Below, in pieces: positions 59,210 through 64,000 of a DNA stretch of 64,000 nt; position 1 is the stretch's first letter; every line of letters begins with the position of its first letter. The notes below the pieces were generated by a model. The model was not told where the DNA came from and did not search any database. It saw nothing but the letters and a program-made list of their open reading frames with translations. The position numbers were made by a program, and so were the translations under genes. The stretch is from Podospora anserina (taxonomy: Eukaryota): assembly GCA_017654855.1 (NCBI GenBank), contig CM030338.1:1426001-1490000 (forward strand), given 5' to 3'.

Positions 59210-62200
59210 ATGAACACCTTCTCCTCCGGGCTGGGGGGCATCCCCATGGACATGCTCGACCCATCTCTCTTCCCCGAGGGCCACCGACCTCTCCCCCCAG
59301 CTCAGCAGCAAGATCAGGATGCTGAAATGGGAGACTGCCCCGCTCCTGGTGACGACCACCTCGAAGATGATGGCGAGGAGTCAGACGTCAGCGACATGTC
59401 TGTCGACTCTGACGCCATGGAGCTCGCTGCCGAAGTCGCGAGGTTCGACAAGCAGCAGGAGGAATTCGTTGCTCGCCAGAGGGCTGATGCTGCGGGTGTT
59501 CCTTATCATCCCCCTGCCAAGTCGGTGGCGGCGGCTGGAGAGAAGAAGACAAAGGGGGGTGTGATTATCGCCAAGGGACGCAAGCGCAAGTCAAAGACTG
59601 TCAAGGGTCCGAGACAGGCGGTCAAGCCCTCGCCGGATATCCTGTTTCGATTGAACTTGGCTCAGCAGGCGTTTCAGAGGGGGGATTACGAGGCGACCAT
59701 GACGATGATTTCGGAGATTATCCGGATCAATTCCGAGGTTATTCATGCTTGGGTGTTGCTGTCGTCGGTGCACGAGGCGCTGGAGAACCGGTCCCAGGCG
59801 GTGATGTGCCGGATTACGGCTGCGCATTTGACGCCGAGGGATGTGCCGCAGTGGATCGCGACGGCGGAGTATTGTCTTGAGGGGGTGGACGAGATGGAGG
59901 ATGATGAGGAGGGGAATCAGACTGCGGAAAAGATTGAGACGTTGAAGAGAGCGTATGCTTGTTATAGTCAGGCGTTGGAGGTGGACAGGACGCATATCCA
60001 GGCGAGGATTGCGAGGGCGGATGTGATTATGATGATGGGGAATCAGCAGAGCAGGGCTTTGGGGGAGTATCAAAAGGCGCTTGGGTACAGGCCGTATAAT
60101 ATTCGGACGGTGAGGAATATTGCGGATGTGGCGCTAGATGTGAAGGATTTGAAGAAGGGGGCGGGGATTGCGAGGGCAGCGTATAGGAAGGTGATTGATT
60201 ATTTGATGGAGAGGGGGACGTTTGAGGCGGAGGAGGGGAGGTTTGAGTGGAGTGATTTGAGAATTTATCTCGAGTTCTTTGGGACGTTGGAGTTGTGGAG
60301 GGAGGGGTTGAAAGAGCTGAAGGAGATTGCCAGGTGGTTGTCGGGGAGAAGAGAAGAAACGTATTGGGAGCAGTTTGATGATGGGCCGATGGGGGATGAT
60401 GATCGGGAGTGGGATATTGGGGAGGAGAGGAGATCGGGAGTGCAGGGCTTTGTGCCGGGCAAGTTTCCGAGAGAGAGTTATGGCTTGGGGATGCCCATGG
60501 ATTTGAGGGCGAAGATGTTTGTTTACCGGTGCAAACTGGGGTTCCAGGATACTGAGGCCAGGCGACATTTGGAGCTGCTTGATCCGACAAGGCAAGAGGA
60601 ATTCATGGACTTCCCGGACTGCTTGAAGGATATCGCGCTTGCGCTGCTGGATCAGAACAAGGCTGCGGAGGCGAAGCAGTATCTGGACCTGTTCAAGCAC
60701 ATTGCTGAGACAGAGGGCACGAGCAGCATCGATGCGGACTTCTTGGTCTGTCAAGGTCGATATCACATCTCTTTGGGGGAGAAGCAGACCGCTGAAGAAT
60801 GTTTCATTGCTGCGATTGAGGACGATGAGGACCACATCGAGGCTCGCGTGCAGCTTGCCAATATGTACGAAGGAGAACAGGAGCAGGAGGGCAGGGAGGA
60901 AGCTTTCTTGCTGGTTCATGAGGCCCTGAACCTGCAGAAGCTGGGACCAAGAAAGAGACGTGGTCCGTATGGTCCCCGGAAGAACACTGGGCCGCGCAAA
61001 CCCAGAAAGCCAAGGGATCCAAATGCGCCAAAGTCGAAGTATGTGCCGCGCCGGTTGCTCAATGCTGAGAAGAGGAGACAGCAGGAGATTGAGCAGACAA
61101 AGGAAGCGACCAAGAACTACCAGATCATGCAAGAGATGGAGGGCAACGCTTTGCTAGGGGATGAGGAGGCCAAGAGCAAGTGGATGGCGGCTGCGAAGGC
61201 GTTGGTTGACGACTTCCGGGCTTACAAGCAGTTTTATCCTTGGGACAAATACATCAAGTTCCTGGGATACGTCAACCCTTCCGAGGGTGGCCAGCAGGCT
61301 GTTCCTGCCAGGAACTTGAAGCTCGCCGCCATGGAGGAACGTTTGCGTCAGAACCTCGCTCCGGCGGATGGTGCGGACCCGGCTACTGCGGCTACCGTCA
61401 ACAAGCCTCATTTCAAGATTCCCCAAGAACATCGCGGCATTCCGTTCACGGAGTGGTTGAATATTTTCCTCAACTACGCCTTCGCCCTCGTCCGCGCCGG
61501 TCAGCATAGAGAGGCTTATGCCGTCTGCCACGCCGCCCGTGACTCTGTTGTCTGGACATCCATCGACAACACCTTTCTTATCCACGTTGCCTGGGCATCC
61601 TGCGCCGTCTACGCTGGCGACGAAGAAACCTGTGTTGCTATTGCCCGCTATTTCATGAGGGATTACCGCCCAGGCACGGATTCTTACCGCATGTTCTCGG
61701 CTATGTGCCGAGTCTGCCAGACGCCCGTGTCGTGGTACACGTCGGGCCCGGCCCAAAAGTTCATTTTGAGGCAGATCAAGACAATGGACAACATTGTCAT
61801 GAGACAGCAGCAATCGCCGTCTGGGGAAAAGGACGATTCGATCGGGTTGGACGTCTCCCTGCTCACTATTTACGGGCACATTCTCTTCACGACCACCTCG
61901 TACACCTACGCCCTGTCCTACTTTGCCCGCGCTGCCTCGATCGATCCCACAAACTGCCTCATCAACCTGTCCACGGGCCTGGCGTACATCCACTACGCCT
62001 TGAAGAGGCAGGCTACCAACAGGCAGTATCTCCTCAACCAAGGCTTCAGTTTTTTGTTTAGGTACTATGAAGACAGGCTGGCGGAGGCGGAGAGGAATGG
62101 GAGTGCGGGACAGAGGCAGGAGGCGCATTTCAATATGGCGAGGGCGTATTCGCTGATTGGGCTGGGGAATGTGGCGGTGGAGTTTTACAAGAAGGTGTTG

Positions 62201-62374
62201 GAGGAGCCGCCGGTGCCAAAGGTGGATAGGAGTGATGAGGAGAGGTGGAAGGGGGGGTTGGCGGAGGAGGATTTGAGGGTGGAGGCGGCGTATAATTTGA
62301 GGAGTATGGGGTATTTGTTGGGGGATTTGGAGGGGGCGGCGGAGGTGGTGAGGAAGTGGATGGTTTTGGAGTGA
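59210..62374 (+). CDS. TFC4: RNA polymerase III factor TFIIIC TPR subunit (Tfc4/tau131/Sfc4), ~1054 aa
   Basis: TPR helices (AQQAFQRGDYE...EIIRIN...AW..LSSVHE, ITAAHLTP), GMPMDLRAK, YIHYALKRQATNRQY...QGF.FL..YY, QEAHFNMARAY, LRVEAAYNL, terminal KWMVLE. Confidence 0.88.
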   Translation: MNTFSSGLGGIPMDMLDPSLFPEGHRPLPPAQQQDQDAEMGDCPAPGDDHLEDDGEESDVSDMSVDSDAMELAAEVARFDKQQEEFVARQRADAAGVPYHPPAKSVAAAGEKKTKGGVIIAKGRKRKSKTVKGPRQAVKPSPDILFRLNLAQQAFQRGDYEATMTMISEIIRINSEVIHAWVLLSSVHEALENRSQAVMCRITAAHLTPRDVPQWIATAEYCLEGVDEMEDDEEGNQTAEKIETLKRAYACYSQALEVDRTHIQARIARADVIMMMGNQQSRALGEYQKALGYRPYNIRTVRNIADVALDVKDLKKGAGIARAAYRKVIDYLMERGTFEAEEGRFEWSDLRIYLEFFGTLELWREGLKELKEIARWLSGRREETYWEQFDDGPMGDDDREWDIGEERRSGVQGFVPGKFPRESYGLGMPMDLRAKMFVYRCKLGFQDTEARRHLELLDPTRQEEFMDFPDCLKDIALALLDQNKAAEAKQYLDLFKHIAETEGTSSIDADFLVCQGRYHISLGEKQTAEECFIAAIEDDEDHIEARVQLANMYEGEQEQEGREEAFLLVHEALNLQKLGPRKRRGPYGPRKNTGPRKPRKPRDPNAPKSKYVPRRLLNAEKRRQQEIEQTKEATKNYQIMQEMEGNALLGDEEAKSKWMAAAKALVDDFRAYKQFYPWDKYIKFLGYVNPSEGGQQAVPARNLKLAAMEERLRQNLAPADGADPATAATVNKPHFKIPQEHRGIPFTEWLNIFLNYAFALVRAGQHREAYAVCHAARDSVVWTSIDNTFLIHVAWASCAVYAGDEETCVAIARYFMRDYRPGTDSYRMFSAMCRVCQTPVSWYTSGPAQKFILRQIKTMDNIVMRQQQSPSGEKDDSIGLDVSLLTIYGHILFTTTSYTYALSYFARAASIDPTNCLINLSTGLAYIHYALKRQATNRQYLLNQGFSFLFRYYEDRLAEAERNGSAGQRQEAHFNMARAYSLIGLGNVAVEFYKKVLEEPPVPKVDRSDEERWKGGLAEEDLRVEAAYNLRSMGYLLGDLEGAAEVVRKWMVLE

Positions 62375-64000
62375 TTATGAGGAAGGGGGCGGGGGTATGG
62401 GGGATATGAGGAAAGGGAAAAGCATGGGATGGCGTTTAGGGGGTAAGATAGGGGGTTTGTTTGTTTTTGTTTTGTTTTGTATTGTTTTTATATACCATGG
62501 CATTGTGGGCGGGGATTATTTGGGGGAGGGGGGGGAGGATGGGTGTTTTTATAGGCTGTAGGGCTGGTTATATATTGTTTGCTGGCTAGCTAGTTGAGAA
62601 GGAATAATTACTGTAAAATATGTGTCATATGTGTGTGTTTGGTTCTCAAATAACCCGGTCGGTGTCTGTTTGGAAGGGACCTTTTTGTCTTTTATGCAGT
62701 TCTAGATTTGGGTTATGTTGATCCAAACTTTTTCAGAGTTCATTCGAGCTTATAATTGAGATATCCATAGTGAACGCTGCTCTCTTTTTCTTTTTTTTCG
62801 CCAGCGAGCGCTGCTGTCTATATATTTTTTTTGTTCGTACGCAAGCGCTGCAATATTTTCCATTTTTGTCTACATTCATCGTGAGTAAGCGCTGATGTCT
62901 TTTCCAGTCCCATGTTAGGTTTTTCCCAGGCATCGCAGGCGAGCTAGTTCGTTCCCATGCACCGCAGCCGAGCGGGATTGTGGTCAGCAAACGAAGGTCT
63001 ACGTTTGAAGTTGAGGAAACAAGGGTCAAACATGGCGGATTGTGTGCCGCTTGATGCAGCAGAGGCTCGCATTTCTCGCGCAGTCCATCTAGCATCGTCT
63101 CCCCTCTCCTTGTCACGGCTGCTGCTGCCGCGCTTGCTGCCTTCAGCAGCGAGCGGGTGGGCTGGTCTTGTTGAAAGGACTAGCCGGCCTAAGTAGGTTG
63201 TCCAGCGCCGCCAAGTGAGTAAGCTGTCTCTCCGTGGCTGTTGTGGGAAAACATCTCCGGGCAGGGCCGGGTACGTGCTTGGCTATCCTCCTCCGAACCG
63301 ACAAGAGAATGGGCCTTGCGCTGAACTTTGGTGGACGCTTCGTGCCCCCCTCCCGACCCAACAACACAATCACGCTATGACGTTTTCGTTCTTTAGCTGG
63401 AGAAGCTGTTGGAGAGCTGAGCGGCCTTCAGCAGTACCGGGGATCAATGAGCTTTGCAGTGAGGATAGGTAGGTAGGTAGGTCGCTGGGTGAATGGGCAG
63501 TCTTCAATGGTTAGCCGAGAGAGTCGCCAGTAAATGGGAGTTGATCTCTTCCGAGCTTTGGTGAAAATATCTTAAGCTGGGACGACTTAAAGTGTAGGTT
63601 TCTAGATTAAATGTATACAGTGGTGCTAATTGTTGGTTTTATTCCCTTTATGTCGGCAAAGGAAGTAGTAAAGATCTAAATGGATGGTGTTACACGAACC
63701 CGCTTTCTTTATTTTAGGGGCAGGGGCGAGTTCGTTTGGTTCTTGTTTATGAAGAGCTCCTAGCTATTGATATCCCTCGTATGTTGATAAATCCCCCAGG
63801 TCTTCCGGGGTTGACGGACAAATACTCGAGGGAGGCTCTTGCATCATGCCAGAAATAGTAAACATTTAGACATTCACCGAACCCCAGTCCACGTCTATGC
63901 CCACCCCCTTCGTAAGCGGAGCTGTCACTGTTGACACTGGGTGATACACCAGATATCTATCTGGTTTTGTTGGATAAATATTCTTCCAATTCTACACTGT

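Noticed and set aside
63466-63482. (AGGT)4 tract containing RGGTAG, the reported Enterprise/Starship target motif
   Set aside because: Simple tetranucleotide repeat; no tyrosine-recombinase captain gene or element boundary in the window.

Overview
Intron-containing, gene-dense DNA from a filamentous ascomycete, most likely Sordariales. A Podospora-like origin is inferred from gene content, splice and branch signals and a RIP-type AT-rich relic, and is not proven. Seventeen protein genes are supportable: a secreted Gly/Tyr/Asn/His-rich protein that the ORF track missed in its true frame, a yippee/Moh1 protein, a ferric reductase, an 874-aa hypothetical, CLU1, an FHA-forkhead factor, a CxxC peroxiredoxin-like protein, a Sut1-like permease, NHX1, a DHA1 MFS transporter, RCM1/NSUN5, a DUF1996-WSC protein, palB, peroxisomal ANT1, RPL29 (4 exons, also missed by the track), VTS1 and TFC4. 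Non-coding features include a ~560-bp RIP-like TIR element with an internal 12-bp tandem array, a degenerate tRNA-like Pol III unit, a degenerate ~160-bp triple repeat, microsatellites and a probably spliced, uORF-containing VTS1 leader. The best novelty candidate is the ~505-aa secreted protein (2389-3966, minus). It has a 6-Cys head domain and a ~330-aa G/Y/N/H low-complexity repeat body, resembling a structural, adhesive or amyloid-forming biomaterial. No multi-gene biosynthetic or defence cluster is evident; most genes are housekeeping. All family assignments come from motif recognition, not database searches.
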